Part shown: positions 16,070 to 26,174 of the stretch, piece by piece | Layout: each line of letters starts with the position of its first letter | Position numbering within the stretch: the first letter of the stretch is position 1 | Sequence record: MW760841.1 | DNA length: 64,000 nt | Reading direction: 5' to 3' (one strand) | Made by a program: the position numbers and the translations under genes | The notes under the pieces: generated by a model | Seen by the model: only the letters and a program-made list of their open reading frames with translations | What the model was told of the DNA's origin: nothing | The model's database searches: none

Positions 16070-16223
16070 GATGACGCGAGAGATCCTCGACGATCTCAAG
16101 GAACGGGGCTGTGAGAACATTGTTCTACATAGCAGCGGTGAAACAGTACATGTCACTGCCACTGACCCGAAAAAGAAAAGAGGCATTCGGGTGATTGGTA
16201 AGCCGTATGCCAACGGAGGGTAA
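16038..16223 (+). CDS. Small hypothetical protein
   Basis: 61-aa ORF, RBS GAGG. Confidence 0.65.
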   Translation: MAYRDPKKATEMTREILDDLKERGCENIVLHSSGETVHVTATDPKKKRGIRVIGKPYANGG

Positions 16224-16225
16224 TC

Positions 16226-16717
16226 ATGCCTAGGGATAAAGATATAAAGACGATGCTTGCGTACACTAAGCGCGAAGATGCGGAGGAGCGAGGTATCCGT
16301 GATTTCAGGATGCCACAAGCGAACCGCGTCCATCAGCCTGGTGGGAAAGGTACCACGGTGGTGGTTGAGTTGAGTCCGAACTCTGGGCTCGCTAAACGTT
16401 TAATGGAAGAAGCGAAGTACCGTTATCTGGTGGTACTGGACTATACCGATCTCGAATCCATCGATTACGAGCAAGGTTATCCGACGCGAGAGGAAGCCTT
16501 AGCGGTTTACCTGCGTACGCTGCCTGACATTAAGCACCGGGTGGTATTGTCTGAAGATTGTCGTGGCCCAGCGCTCAATGCGCCTAACCGTTTAGTGGAA
16601 GTGGACTTCCTGGTTATCACCCCAGAAGGGAATTACCAGAACATCCGCTTTACGGATGAGAATATCGGGCATGTCTGCACTACGTTGAACATTGCGTACT
16701 ACCAGACAAAAAAATAA
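16226..16717 (+). CDS. Hypothetical protein
   Basis: 163-aa ORF, RBS GGAGG, ends at a terminator. Confidence 0.75.
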   Translation: MPRDKDIKTMLAYTKREDAEERGIRDFRMPQANRVHQPGGKGTTVVVELSPNSGLAKRLMEEAKYRYLVVLDYTDLESIDYEQGYPTREEALAVYLRTLPDIKHRVVLSEDCRGPALNAPNRLVEVDFLVITPEGNYQNIRFTDENIGHVCTTLNIAYYQTKK

Positions 16718-16723
16718 AGGGAA

Positions 16724-16751
16724 GCTGCATCCCGAAGGATGCAGTTATTTT
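16724..16751. terminator. Bidirectional terminator
   Basis: GCTGCATCC-CGAA-GGATGCAGT flanked by A- and T-rich runs. Confidence 0.7.
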
Positions 16752-16793
16752 CCCTATTATATGTACACTGGAAACAGTGTGCGGACGAGGGGA

Positions 16794-17864
16794 CTATTTT
16801 CCCGATTCTGCAATCTGGTCTCCAAGGGGGCGGAACAGCGTATGCCGGTAGTGATTGTATATCGCCTTCGGTAACTTGTTCAGCACCTTGAGGTCCATAA
16901 ATCGATCCAGGTCGTACGACAGCTCTTTCTTGAACTTACTCATGACCCCCGCATCGTAGCTGAGGCAGTAATGCATCCAGCTCCAGTTAACCAGACTCAA
17001 ATGCCATGACCCTTGCGTTGTACTGCCGGAGTCACGGAATAAGATACGGTCGATAGCGGTGCGGGTTTCACCAGGGCGATTAAAGAACTGAGGTACGTGT
17101 GCCAGCACTACACCCGGTAACGGGTTAGCGGCCAGTAACACTTTGCGGATGTTTTCCGCATTGCGTATTGCTAGGTCGCGGAGTGGCGGTACCGGAACTG
17201 TCCTGACCGGTTGTTCGGGTTCCACGTCTCTTCCCGCTGCGATTGCGCGGTGGATGTTGAGGAACGCGATGTCCATGTACGACGGTAACATCCTGCTGAT
17301 AACGTGTCGCCAGGCATATACCGGGGTAGTAATGGGCTCCTTAATGTTGCGGTAGTAAATCTCTGCTTTGGCGTATTGCCACAACAGTTCGACGAGATTA
17401 ATCTCGATGATACTCACCCCACGCGGCTTACCATTCCCAAGTTGCCAATTCAAATTGGTGTACTCGTGATAGAGGTAGCGTACCGGTGTGTATTCGCGGA
17501 AGGACAACTCGGGGTCAATCGGTCTGGCCACAAGAGAGATAATCTCATCCTGGCCTTCGATAAACGCACCGTTGAACACCTGGCCAAACTCCCCGACGGA
17601 AGTGAGACGCATAGCGTTTCCAATTCCCACCAAGCGACGTCGGCAAGCCCACTCGATATCCTCGTAGTCGGGTTCGCCAGCATAGCCCACCTGGGACAGT
17701 ACCTGAAGGACGAGATGACCGGATGCTACGCGGGTCTGTACCGAGTCGAAGTGGTTGCGAATACGTTGGTGGTTATTTTTTACAAGACTACCTAATTGTA
17801 TAGCGGAAGGGTCTGCTGTATGACCTTTAATCTCCACTTGCTTTAATTCGGCTTGACTGAACAT
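16794..17864 (-). CDS. Conserved protein divergent from chimallin, probably virion-associated
   Basis: Track ORF 16794..17930; ATG 17864 after GGAG; function inferred from synteny. Confidence 0.7.
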   Translation of the reverse strand: MFSQAELKQVEIKGHTADPSAIQLGSLVKNNHQRIRNHFDSVQTRVASGHLVLQVLSQVGYAGEPDYEDIEWACRRRLVGIGNAMRLTSVGEFGQVFNGAFIEGQDEIISLVARPIDPELSFREYTPVRYLYHEYTNLNWQLGNGKPRGVSIIEINLVELLWQYAKAEIYYRNIKEPITTPVYAWRHVISRMLPSYMDIAFLNIHRAIAAGRDVEPEQPVRTVPVPPLRDLAIRNAENIRKVLLAANPLPGVVLAHVPQFFNRPGETRTAIDRILFRDSGSTTQGSWHLSLVNWSWMHYCLSYDAGVMSKFKKELSYDLDRFMDLKVLNKLPKAIYNHYRHTLFRPLGDQIAESGK

Positions 17865-17916
17865 GACGGTCTCCTGTGTTACCACATAGGAACGGTCACT
17901 TTCAAAAAAATTACAG

Positions 17917-18025
17917 ATGTATATTATCAATGTGACAGTTCCGGCATATCTTACTGTCCGTGGTATTCAATAGGCGACGGCTTACTTGCATTCCATTATA
18001 TCTCAGCTAGATATTATCGCTGTGA
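17917..18025 (+). promoter_or_regulatory. Tandem early-promoter-like motifs upstream of chimallin
   Basis: ATGTATATTATCAATGTGA (17917-17935) and CTAGATATTATCGCTGTGA (18007-18025). Confidence 0.6.
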
Positions 18026-18065
18026 ACTCTATACTGTAAATTACTTATCAAGGAATATAAATACC

Positions 18066-19868
18066 ATGGTTAAAATCGTAGAAGAAAACACTGGCGCAGC
18101 AGCAGCTTCCACCACTACCTCTACCTCTGGTATTGGTGACCTGGGCACCGCCAAAAAGCCGACCGCAACTACCACTGACTACAGCGGTATGTTCGACCGT
18201 GCATTCGACTGGTCTTCTTCCAGCAGCATGGCTGGTGACTTCGTTAAAGCACTGAACGAAGCCGCAGAGAAGAACGACAAACTGTCCCTCTTTAAATACG
18301 GCGTTGTAGAAGGTATTGCGCCGGAAATGGGTTCTGCCGCATTCGTTGCTGGCGACTATAACGGCTCTTGGCTGTACGGCCTGCTGTTCTTCGAGAAAGG
18401 CCAATCCATGCGTTTCCAGGAACTGCCTAACCATCAGGAAACCTACTACACTCTGGTAGACCTGATCAACCGCGATGTCCTGAACAAAGTAGAAGCGGCT
18501 ATCAACGCAACTGGCGTTGACAACGTTCACTACATGCTGACCAACACCGTGCCGGATATCTCCGACCACCGCATGAGCGCTGAATGGGCACAGTCCCTGA
18601 TGGGCCAAATGCTGCTGGGTATCTTCGGCCGAGTACCGGGCTGGCTGGGTAACATGACTCTGAGCAAAGCTGACCGCTTCCTGGTCAACGTTGCGGCACC
18701 AGAGTCTGGCATTGCAATGGACGACAACGGTCACCCGAACCGTGCCGACATCGCAGTGTACGTAGAGCACACTCCTTCTAGCCAGAATCAGGATGACCCG
18801 ACTCTGCTGGACAGCTCTGCGGCTACCGAATTCCCACCGGTACGTGCAGCAGGTTACATCAACCTGCGCTTCACTGGTCTGAAACCAATCGGTCAGAACG
18901 GCGTACAAGATCTGAAACAGGTGCAGGGTGAAGTTGTAATCTCCCTCATCGATTCTCAGGCTCGTGGTTCCCGTGCTCCGTACGAACGTCAGCTGGTAAC
19001 TCTGGCAGGCTTCGCGGAAATCGCACAGAACGGTGGCTGGCGTGACCAGTTCATCAATACGCTGAACACCACCGATCGTAAGTTCTCTGCTCTGGCATCT
19101 TACCTGAGCTGGGGTTCTGACGGTGTGCCGGATCTGTCCAAACTGGATAAGAACCGTGAACACATCGACCAGGCTCTGAAACTGTTCGCACCGTCTTCTG
19201 CGGCGCTGGTAGTCAACCATCGTGCTGGTAACGGCGTAGGTGGTCTGTCTAACCTGCTGGCGGAAATCGGCGTGGGCAACCTGAACTCCCTGGGCCAGCT
19301 GATGAACATCTGTGATGCGATGTTCTCTAAAGGTTCTAACGAAACGTTCCGTGCATACCTGGCGAAAAACCTGGGTGTGACTGAACTGAAACCACAGCAC
19401 ATCGTGGCAGCGGCAGTTCCGGGTATCGCTGGTATCTACAGCGGCGCTGGTACTAAGCGTTCTGTGCAGGACGGTGACCTGATTGCAGTGACCTCTTTCC
19501 TGGGTGACAAGCAAGCTGACGTCATGCGTTTCGTACACGCTCAGTCTTACCAGAACCGTGAGCTGGAGCAGAAAGCACAGCGTATCTACCTGGCTAAGCT
19601 GTACTCTGGCATGTACGGCAACCGTCAGCTGCGTCTGACTGGCGAAACGCTGGACATGGCAATCAACCCAATCTTCGCACGCTGCGTCCTGGACAAAGTA
19701 CGTGAGAAGGCTGGCTGGCAGGTTAACGGCGTTAACGCCTACAACGAAATGGAGACCTCCCTGTTCTACAACAACGGTGGTCAGTCTCTGATTCTGTCAG
19801 GCAATGGCCAAACTGGCGGTCTGTCCGACTTCGGTCTGGGCGTAACGCTGGGCGATTACAACCTGTAA
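18066..19868 (+). CDS. chmA: Chimallin, major phage nucleus shell protein (phiKZ gp54-like)
   Basis: About 600 aa, flexible N-terminus, strong high-expression codon bias, directly upstream of the nvRNAP beta' N gene as in phiKZ gp54-gp55; assignment rests mainly on synteny. Confidence 0.8.
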   Translation: MVKIVEENTGAAAASTTTSTSGIGDLGTAKKPTATTTDYSGMFDRAFDWSSSSSMAGDFVKALNEAAEKNDKLSLFKYGVVEGIAPEMGSAAFVAGDYNGSWLYGLLFFEKGQSMRFQELPNHQETYYTLVDLINRDVLNKVEAAINATGVDNVHYMLTNTVPDISDHRMSAEWAQSLMGQMLLGIFGRVPGWLGNMTLSKADRFLVNVAAPESGIAMDDNGHPNRADIAVYVEHTPSSQNQDDPTLLDSSAATEFPPVRAAGYINLRFTGLKPIGQNGVQDLKQVQGEVVISLIDSQARGSRAPYERQLVTLAGFAEIAQNGGWRDQFINTLNTTDRKFSALASYLSWGSDGVPDLSKLDKNREHIDQALKLFAPSSAALVVNHRAGNGVGGLSNLLAEIGVGNLNSLGQLMNICDAMFSKGSNETFRAYLAKNLGVTELKPQHIVAAAVPGIAGIYSGAGTKRSVQDGDLIAVTSFLGDKQADVMRFVHAQSYQNRELEQKAQRIYLAKLYSGMYGNRQLRLTGETLDMAINPIFARCVLDKVREKAGWQVNGVNAYNEMETSLFYNNGGQSLILSGNGQTGGLSDFGLGVTLGDYNL

Positions 19869-19882
19869 TCGCGTAGTCAAGG

Positions 19883-19924
19883 ATGGGGTGGGAGCAATAG
19901 CTCTCACCCTCCCCTCTTTTTTTG
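19883..19924 (+). terminator. Intrinsic terminator after chimallin
   Basis: GGGGTGGGAGC-AATA-GCTCTCACCCT hairpin plus T-run. Confidence 0.7.
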
Positions 19925-19936
19925 CTTGAGGTTGAA

Positions 19937-21529
19937 ATGCAGAAAGCACCAAGATTTTATGGTATTTCCGGGAGACTGGAAAGTCAGGACAAGTATCTCC
20001 TTGACTTGATGATTGAAGCGGACGCTAAAAGAATTAAACCGCCCACTATTATCAATGACATTGCGATCGGCAGCGACCCTATCCGGGTAGCTGAACAAAT
20101 TGACCTGTTGGTGCAGAATCGTATCGTTGGTGAACAACTTAACTCGACTCCTATTTGCGACATCCTGTGCGAGAATCCGACAGCGCATCGTTACAACCTG
20201 GGCAAAATCTGTCCATGCTGTGGCTTCCGCGTAACGGAAAACCGGATTGAGTCTGATGTATGGTTGCGTGCTCCTGACGAGATTGGGCATTTTGTAAACC
20301 CGCGTTTCTGGGCAATGTTCAATGCGTTCTTCAATACCAAGAAGATTCGCAAATTTGACCGCAATAAAGTAGGCGTTGGTAATGGTTCTGATTTGATGAT
20401 GTGGTTCCTCGATCCGTACTATCGGAGCGATGAGCCGGACTCGAAACGTGCGCAGGTTGTGAAGCGTATAATGGAAGAGCATGGCGTACGCCGTGGGATT
20501 CATTATTTCGTCGACCACCACAAACAGATCTTCGAGATCCTGACCAAGCCAGAATCGTGGCGGGAAATCTATCCTCCGCAACGTAACAACAGTACCGAGA
20601 GTGAAGTGCTTCGTGACCAATGGAAGCGGTTATTCGAAGGACAAGCATCTGCGATGTTCCCAAAACACCTGCCAGTCATCTCTTCAAAGTTGATTGTGTC
20701 GGAAGAAGGGCGACGTGGTGTAATGATTGACCCGGTGTATACCTCCGCAATTGATGCGGTGAAAAACATCGCCCAGCTGTACACCCGTAAGCGTGCAGTC
20801 GACCCACGGTTTATGATTAGCCGTGCGTTGAAAGCGAACCGTCAACTGGCGTACTTCTATATCGACTTCCGTCGTGAGAACTTGGAGCAGAAGCCTGGGG
20901 GCTACCGTGCCAAAGTTAGTTCTACTCACGTCTGTAACTCTGGTCGTGCAACCATCTCGCCGATTGCCTCTCCGCATGATGCGTGGAAACTGAAAGCGCC
21001 TTGGCGTTGGTCAGTAGGGTTGTTGTCAGTGGATATTGAAAGTAAGCTGATGGATCGTGGTTATACCTCGCGACAGTGCGAACGTATTGTGGCGAAAGCG
21101 GCAATGCAATACGACCCATTGGTCGATGAAATCTTCAAGGAGTTGATTAAGGAATCTCCGGGTGGCCTGGGGATACTGGTGTTACCACTTCGTAACCCGA
21201 CCTTAGTCCAGCTGTCCATTCAGGCGCTGTGGATTGATGAAATCATCACCGATGTTAACCAGTGTTCGATTCGTATCTCGGATCGCGTTATCAAGATGGC
21301 GAACGCCGACTTCGATGGCGACCAGCTCATGGTATACCGTCCGACCGACCAACGCGAAATCGATCTCGCAATGGCATACCGTCCGGACAATGGTTTCATG
21401 TCCTCTACCAATGTGAACGAGGTGGAGCGTGGCATGGTCTTGCACAGCGAATTGATTAGTATGCAAAACCGATTCCTTATCGAGGCAGATGAGGATGAAG
21501 AAATGGGTGTGGCTCTCGAAGACCTTTAA
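19937..21529 (+). CDS. Non-virion RNA polymerase beta' N-terminal subunit with the catalytic loop (phiKZ gp55-like)
   Basis: NADFDGD motif, Zn-binding C..C...CPCC, SGRATISP, LRNPTL. Confidence 0.92.
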   Translation: MQKAPRFYGISGRLESQDKYLLDLMIEADAKRIKPPTIINDIAIGSDPIRVAEQIDLLVQNRIVGEQLNSTPICDILCENPTAHRYNLGKICPCCGFRVTENRIESDVWLRAPDEIGHFVNPRFWAMFNAFFNTKKIRKFDRNKVGVGNGSDLMMWFLDPYYRSDEPDSKRAQVVKRIMEEHGVRRGIHYFVDHHKQIFEILTKPESWREIYPPQRNNSTESEVLRDQWKRLFEGQASAMFPKHLPVISSKLIVSEEGRRGVMIDPVYTSAIDAVKNIAQLYTRKRAVDPRFMISRALKANRQLAYFYIDFRRENLEQKPGGYRAKVSSTHVCNSGRATISPIASPHDAWKLKAPWRWSVGLLSVDIESKLMDRGYTSRQCERIVAKAAMQYDPLVDEIFKELIKESPGGLGILVLPLRNPTLVQLSIQALWIDEIITDVNQCSIRISDRVIKMANADFDGDQLMVYRPTDQREIDLAMAYRPDNGFMSSTNVNEVERGMVLHSELISMQNRFLIEADEDEEMGVALEDL

Positions 21530-21544
21530 CTGTAGGAGTGATGT

Positions 21545-22132
21545 ATGGGAATGTGGAATAACCTGACCACTGCGTTTACGAAACAACAAGCGGGTGGTGG
21601 GACGTTCGACTTCTTCCAGCAATCGTTCGATATAACACGAGTGGCACCGGATATGCTCGACCGCGTTATGGAACACAAAAAGGAACTGATGTCCCTGGAT
21701 ATGTTCCGTAAGACTTCTGCGGCGATGCGTAAGCTCCAGAATACGGATGGTACGGAAGTAATCAGACAGTTGACGGATATTGGTGAATTCCAACACGCCA
21801 ACTCTCTGCTCCAGCCGTTCCTGGTGGCAATGCCTGAGTATCGTAAGCTGTATAACGAAAATCTGGCAACCGGCTATGAGACAGGCTTCTCTCAAGTCGA
21901 TGTGTTCCGTGGGAATGCGTACATGCATACCGACGACAACTATCGTGAGATGACGTCTGATATCTCTACCGAGTACGATGAAGATAAGATTTGGCACTGG
22001 GTGTCCAATGAAGATCGCCAGCATCGTCTCACAACTATCGAGCGTGTTGACCTGGGTATTAACCGAGTGCGTATGCGTGACTTTGACTGGGAAGACGGTG
22101 ACCCGTGTTCCGAGATGAATGCATCGTGCTAA
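21545..22132 (+). CDS. Conserved hypothetical protein
   Basis: 195-aa ORF, RBS AGGAG. Confidence 0.8.
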   Translation: MGMWNNLTTAFTKQQAGGGTFDFFQQSFDITRVAPDMLDRVMEHKKELMSLDMFRKTSAAMRKLQNTDGTEVIRQLTDIGEFQHANSLLQPFLVAMPEYRKLYNENLATGYETGFSQVDVFRGNAYMHTDDNYREMTSDISTEYDEDKIWHWVSNEDRQHRLTTIERVDLGINRVRMRDFDWEDGDPCSEMNASC

Positions 22133-22145
22133 TGTAATGTAGCGA

Positions 22146-22186
22146 GGGAGGGGATTAGGCATCCCCTCTCTTTCTATTTTTTTCTT
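22146..22186 (+). terminator. Probable intrinsic terminator
   Basis: GAGGGGA/TCCCCTC hairpin plus T-rich tail. Confidence 0.6.
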
Positions 22187-22307
22187 TAAACGGTACTGCG
22201 GAAAATATACGTTAGTGCCAGTTGATTTGAGTAGCCGAGCGTCCATGTAACATCGCGCTCTGTAAGCTGACAGATCTTATGTTGGGTTTACTTCACAGGA
22301 GCGTATC

Positions 22308-22685
22308 ATGGTTATCGCAGTAGGCACCGTTTCGACCCGAGGGTGGGCTAAAACCACCAAGGAAAAAGTCAAAGAGCTGATGAATCACTACACTGAGGCA
22401 GGTTATAGCCAGTCAGTGATTTATCGTGGCAATGTTAAATCGTACGCTTGGGCCTGTGCGCAGTATGCTCAAGATCCCGACTACCTCGCCTCGCAGGTAG
22501 AGACTGATTTGAAACGTTTGTACGGGAATGTGTTCCCGGAAGGCGTGGCCTGTGATGTAACGTTTCGTTTCATCGATAGTAACCAAATCAAATACAGCAT
22601 CGATATCAGCCTCCGTGTGATGGTAGACGGTGAATGGTACGATTCGACCAATGCGCTAGAAGTTGACCGAACAGGAGTAAGTTAA
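22308..22685 (+). CDS. Putative virion protein, possibly gp25-like baseplate wedge fold
   Basis: 125-aa ORF, RBS CAGGAG; fold guess from size and the pattern L..LY...FPE...DV...Y.I.I. Confidence 0.55.
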   Translation: MVIAVGTVSTRGWAKTTKEKVKELMNHYTEAGYSQSVIYRGNVKSYAWACAQYAQDPDYLASQVETDLKRLYGNVFPEGVACDVTFRFIDSNQIKYSIDISLRVMVDGEWYDSTNALEVDRTGVS

Positions 22686-23359
22686 TGTCCGAAGAAAAGA
22701 TGGAAAACGCACATCTGTATCAGCGTGATCTCATGGACCCGCAACATGTCTACGCACTTGACCGTGCTTTGGGTGTAGAGCAGGACATTAAAGAGCACCT
22801 CGATCCCTATGCCCGTTTCCAGGAATCTGTGTTCCGTCGTCAGGGTCTGCCAATTCTGAGCGGGCTGATTGACGGCACGTTTGACCAAACCAACTGGACG
22901 AACTTCGTGGGCTCTGCCTTCGTACCTTGCCAGGTGGTGTCAGATGACGTGACCAAAGTGCTGTTTACGATCCCGGCGTTGAACTACACCGGTGAAACGT
23001 TGCTGCACGTTGAAGGCCAGCAGTCCCTGACCGATGAGTCAATGAATATTGAGCAATACTCTATTCAGATGCCAAGTGCCGGTGAGAAGGCCAAGCATGA
23101 TCTCATCGTGGGTACCTTAGACGGTATCGATAAAGTCATGTACGAAACCAATCGTCAGCGGGGCTATCGTGTCATCACTCTGCTGAACTGGATCTTTACC
23201 CGTTACGGCCTGGCTGGACGTATCGAGTACCCGCAAGGGATGGAAGATTTGGTGAATGGCGGTACTGCGGCAACAGCAGCGGTTGCTGCTACGCCTGCGG
23301 CGATGCCAAAAGCGGAAGAGGTATCCGATGGCGGAATTGATGATTGCGAAGACCTTTAA
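22685..23359 (+). CDS. Conserved hypothetical protein
   Basis: 224-aa ORF, TAATG coupling. Confidence 0.8.
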   Translation: MSEEKMENAHLYQRDLMDPQHVYALDRALGVEQDIKEHLDPYARFQESVFRRQGLPILSGLIDGTFDQTNWTNFVGSAFVPCQVVSDDVTKVLFTIPALNYTGETLLHVEGQQSLTDESMNIEQYSIQMPSAGEKAKHDLIVGTLDGIDKVMYETNRQRGYRVITLLNWIFTRYGLAGRIEYPQGMEDLVNGGTAATAAVAATPAAMPKAEEVSDGGIDDCEDL

Positions 23360-24515
23360 TCGGTCGGAAGTAGCGAGACACATCGAGAAGATTTACCACA
23401 TTCCTCCGAAGCCTCTGGATGTGACTCGTATTCTGGTGTTATCCGATGTTCACCTTCTGCATCGTCGTGTGCCGACCTGGCACATCATCGAAGTCTTGAA
23501 GGAAAAGATACTTTCGGGTGGTGAAACACTAGATGCAATTTATATAGCGGGGGACTTATTTGATGACTCCCGTTATCTCCGTCAAGACGAATCGCAGGAG
23601 GCCGTTGGCTTCCTGACTTGGTTACTCCAATGGTGTCGTTCCACGAAAACCGCGCTCCGCATTATTGAAGGTACACCGTCTCATGACCACGGTCAGAGTA
23701 GAGTTGTCGAAGCCCTGAACATTACGGTTGGGGTTGACTGCTTATACCTGGCAGGGATTGGGGTGTTCTACGATGAAGCGATTAAAGCAACGGTTGGTTG
23801 GGTACAGGACGAGTACAAGGATCGTGTTGCAGAGAATACCGAAGCAGAGATGGCCGAACTGATGGCCACTCGTGGATTGGAGAAGGTTGATTTCTTCTTC
23901 ATGCATGGCTGTTTCAAGTTTCAGGTACCAATCGAATCACCTCACTGGTTCGATGAAGACTTTTGGATTTCACGTTGTCGCCTCGGTATTTATATCGGCC
24001 ATGACCATCGTGAGAAAGTCTTTAGTCTCATCCGCGTTATGGGAAGCGTGGATAGATTGGCACACGGGGAAAACGAAGACAAGGGCATGACGCTCGTCGA
24101 CTTCACTCCAACCGTGGCGAGGAACTATTTCCTCGTTAACCAAGCTGCGTGCCCGATGCGTGCAGTGGCAGCAAGCGAAGACTACACCGCGCAACTGGCG
24201 GAATGTCTGGACGCCTTAGCCTATATTGACTCACACCCATCGCGTGCCATAGGCCGCTTTAAAGTGGAGTATCATAACGGCTCACCTATTGCTGACCATG
24301 TTAGCAAATGGAAACGTGAATACGGATTCCACATAGAGGGAAAACGTGTTAACACGGATGATGAGGAAGAACGCCTCATCGCAGTGTTCTCTACCGAAGC
24401 ATCGGTGGATGAAAAGATTACGCCCGAAAACGTCGAGCGTATCTTGTTGGAAGGGATGAACGGGATGAAATACGATCCCCCCATCGTTTCAGAAATCGTT
24501 AGGAGTATCCAATGA
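23340..24515 (+). CDS. SbcD/Mre11-like metallophosphoesterase nuclease
   Basis: SDVH, AGDLFD, GTPSHD, MHG and GHDH motifs. Confidence 0.88.
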   Translation: MIAKTFNRSEVARHIEKIYHIPPKPLDVTRILVLSDVHLLHRRVPTWHIIEVLKEKILSGGETLDAIYIAGDLFDDSRYLRQDESQEAVGFLTWLLQWCRSTKTALRIIEGTPSHDHGQSRVVEALNITVGVDCLYLAGIGVFYDEAIKATVGWVQDEYKDRVAENTEAEMAELMATRGLEKVDFFFMHGCFKFQVPIESPHWFDEDFWISRCRLGIYIGHDHREKVFSLIRVMGSVDRLAHGENEDKGMTLVDFTPTVARNYFLVNQAACPMRAVAASEDYTAQLAECLDALAYIDSHPSRAIGRFKVEYHNGSPIADHVSKWKREYGFHIEGKRVNTDDEEERLIAVFSTEASVDEKITPENVERILLEGMNGMKYDPPIVSEIVRSIQ

Positions 24516-25336
24516 GCCCCATAAGCGTCGATCGCAAATTTGGGGGTTATCCGATATCAATCGCCGGTTCTTTGGCGATGGAAGGTTTATTGCACACAGG
24601 CGAATTTGCCGACCGCGATGGCGAACTGGCCATCCATGATTATCAGGCTTTGTTCCTGAATCTACGCACGCTTTTCCGCAATGCATTTTACGCATTCGAA
24701 GAAAACCGAGAACGGCTCACGCCAGACGTAATTAAGACATGCATCGAAGAAGATATTGAAAATATATTCGCCACCGCTCGTGCGGTGGCTCCTTCGATGG
24801 TATGTGCCTTTTACCTCTGTGAGTACAAAAAGGTGAACCACGAGTTCCCTAACGGTGACTTCCGTAATGCGAACACCCCTAACCAGCTTTTCTATTATTC
24901 GCTGGGACAGGACGTGTACAAAATGTTCTTAACGGAGCAGCCGCGTCGCGATGACTTCCTGGTATTTGATATTTACCCCGAAGGTGATAAGAACACCCTG
25001 TTGTTAACCCACTACCCAGCTGACCTGCTGGCAGTGAAAGAATTTCCGATGTTGGCTTTACTTGAGTCTCATACCGGCGAGGTGAAAACCCAGCTGCAAT
25101 GGAACTCAAAGATGTATAACAAACCGGAACGTATCCCGTTCAACAAAGGGTTCTTGATGCTCTTTGGTGATAACGTGATGTTCCACCCGCAGGACAGGAA
25201 GATCCGTAATGTGGTGCTGAAAACGGCTGAGAAATACAGCTGGACTGCCGACACCAGTATGGATCGTGTCAACAACTGTTTACGCTTGGTGAACGAACCA
25301 CACATCATCGATTACCTGCGCAAATTGAACAAATAG
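24512..25336 (+). CDS. Conserved protein, possibly PIN/5'-3' exonuclease-like
   Basis: 274 aa; LFLNLRTLFRNAFYAF resembles a FEN/RNase H N-terminal strand-helix; weak. Confidence 0.5.
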   Translation: MSPISVDRKFGGYPISIAGSLAMEGLLHTGEFADRDGELAIHDYQALFLNLRTLFRNAFYAFEENRERLTPDVIKTCIEEDIENIFATARAVAPSMVCAFYLCEYKKVNHEFPNGDFRNANTPNQLFYYSLGQDVYKMFLTEQPRRDDFLVFDIYPEGDKNTLLLTHYPADLLAVKEFPMLALLESHTGEVKTQLQWNSKMYNKPERIPFNKGFLMLFGDNVMFHPQDRKIRNVVLKTAEKYSWTADTSMDRVNNCLRLVNEPHIIDYLRKLNK

Positions 25337-25399
25337 TTTTTTACGTCACCGGGGTATCATGTGTAGATACCCCCTTAACTAAGATCAAAGGATTTCCCA

Positions 25400-26053
25400 A
25401 TGGGCATGATTAACACAGAACTCTTTAACAACAAATGGTGCTTCCCGCAGTCGGAGCCCGACAACCAGGGAAAGACCCGTAAAATTGGTATCGAGCCTAA
25501 CTTCTTCAAGGACAGCCAGGATTGCGAAGGTCTGAAATTTAGCTACTCTTTCGCCAAGGGCGAAGGTCTGTATTACAACGCGAACCCAGAAATCTGTCAG
25601 GCATTCCTGGACGCGCTGCGTGATGTTCTGCGTAAGAGCGAAAAAGACATCATCAGTATTGGTAACACTGCGGGCAACCGTGGCCAGGTTACTTTGTCTG
25701 TCGGCCGTGGTGACGATCTGGTGCCGTTCGTGGCAATCTCGGGTGAAATCAACGGGCAACGCCGCAGCAAGAAATTCTTCTTCCCAATTCCGAAAGGCTA
25801 CGTGATTACTCGTAACGGCGCACCGCTGAGCGATCTCGAAGCTGCTGAGCGTATGGCTCGCGTCTTTACTGAGCGTTTCCATAAGTTCCAGGAGTGGCTG
25901 GATGCGTCGTACAAAGCGAAAGTGTGGAACCCAACTGGCGGCGGTAATCCAGGTCGTGGCGGCTACAATAACAGTGGCAACAACGGCGGTGGCCATAGCG
26001 GTGGTGGTGCATCTGCTCCAGCATCTGACGCGAACTTCGACGAATTCCTTTAA
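25400..26053 (+). CDS. ChmC-like nucleic-acid-binding protein (phage-nucleus associated)
   Basis: 217 aa with a Gly/Asn-rich disordered tail ending DANFDEFL; directly upstream of the gp68-like gene, the position of ChmC. Confidence 0.6.
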   Translation: MGMINTELFNNKWCFPQSEPDNQGKTRKIGIEPNFFKDSQDCEGLKFSYSFAKGEGLYYNANPEICQAFLDALRDVLRKSEKDIISIGNTAGNRGQVTLSVGRGDDLVPFVAISGEINGQRRSKKFFFPIPKGYVITRNGAPLSDLEAAERMARVFTERFHKFQEWLDASYKAKVWNPTGGGNPGRGGYNNSGNNGGGHSGGGASAPASDANFDEFL

Positions 26054-26127
26054 AATAAATGAAACCCGCTGGCGAGGCCAGCGGGTACATCGCCTACTGA
26101 TCACAGGCGCATCGTACGAAATTTGAG

Positions 26128-26146
26128 ATAGATGTTATCTCCGTGA
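26128..26146 (+). promoter_or_regulatory. Phage early-promoter-like motif
   Basis: ATAGATGTTATCTCCGTGA upstream of 26175. Confidence 0.6.
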
Positions 26147-26174
26147 ATATAACTCTGTCGGAGCACTGACTATA

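Noticed and set aside
18048-19538. 496-aa antisense ORF over chimallin
   Set aside because: Shadow frame produced by strong codon bias of the sense gene; no RBS and non-protein-like composition
21203-22246. 347-aa antisense ORF
   Set aside because: Overlaps two well-supported sense genes; no independent signals
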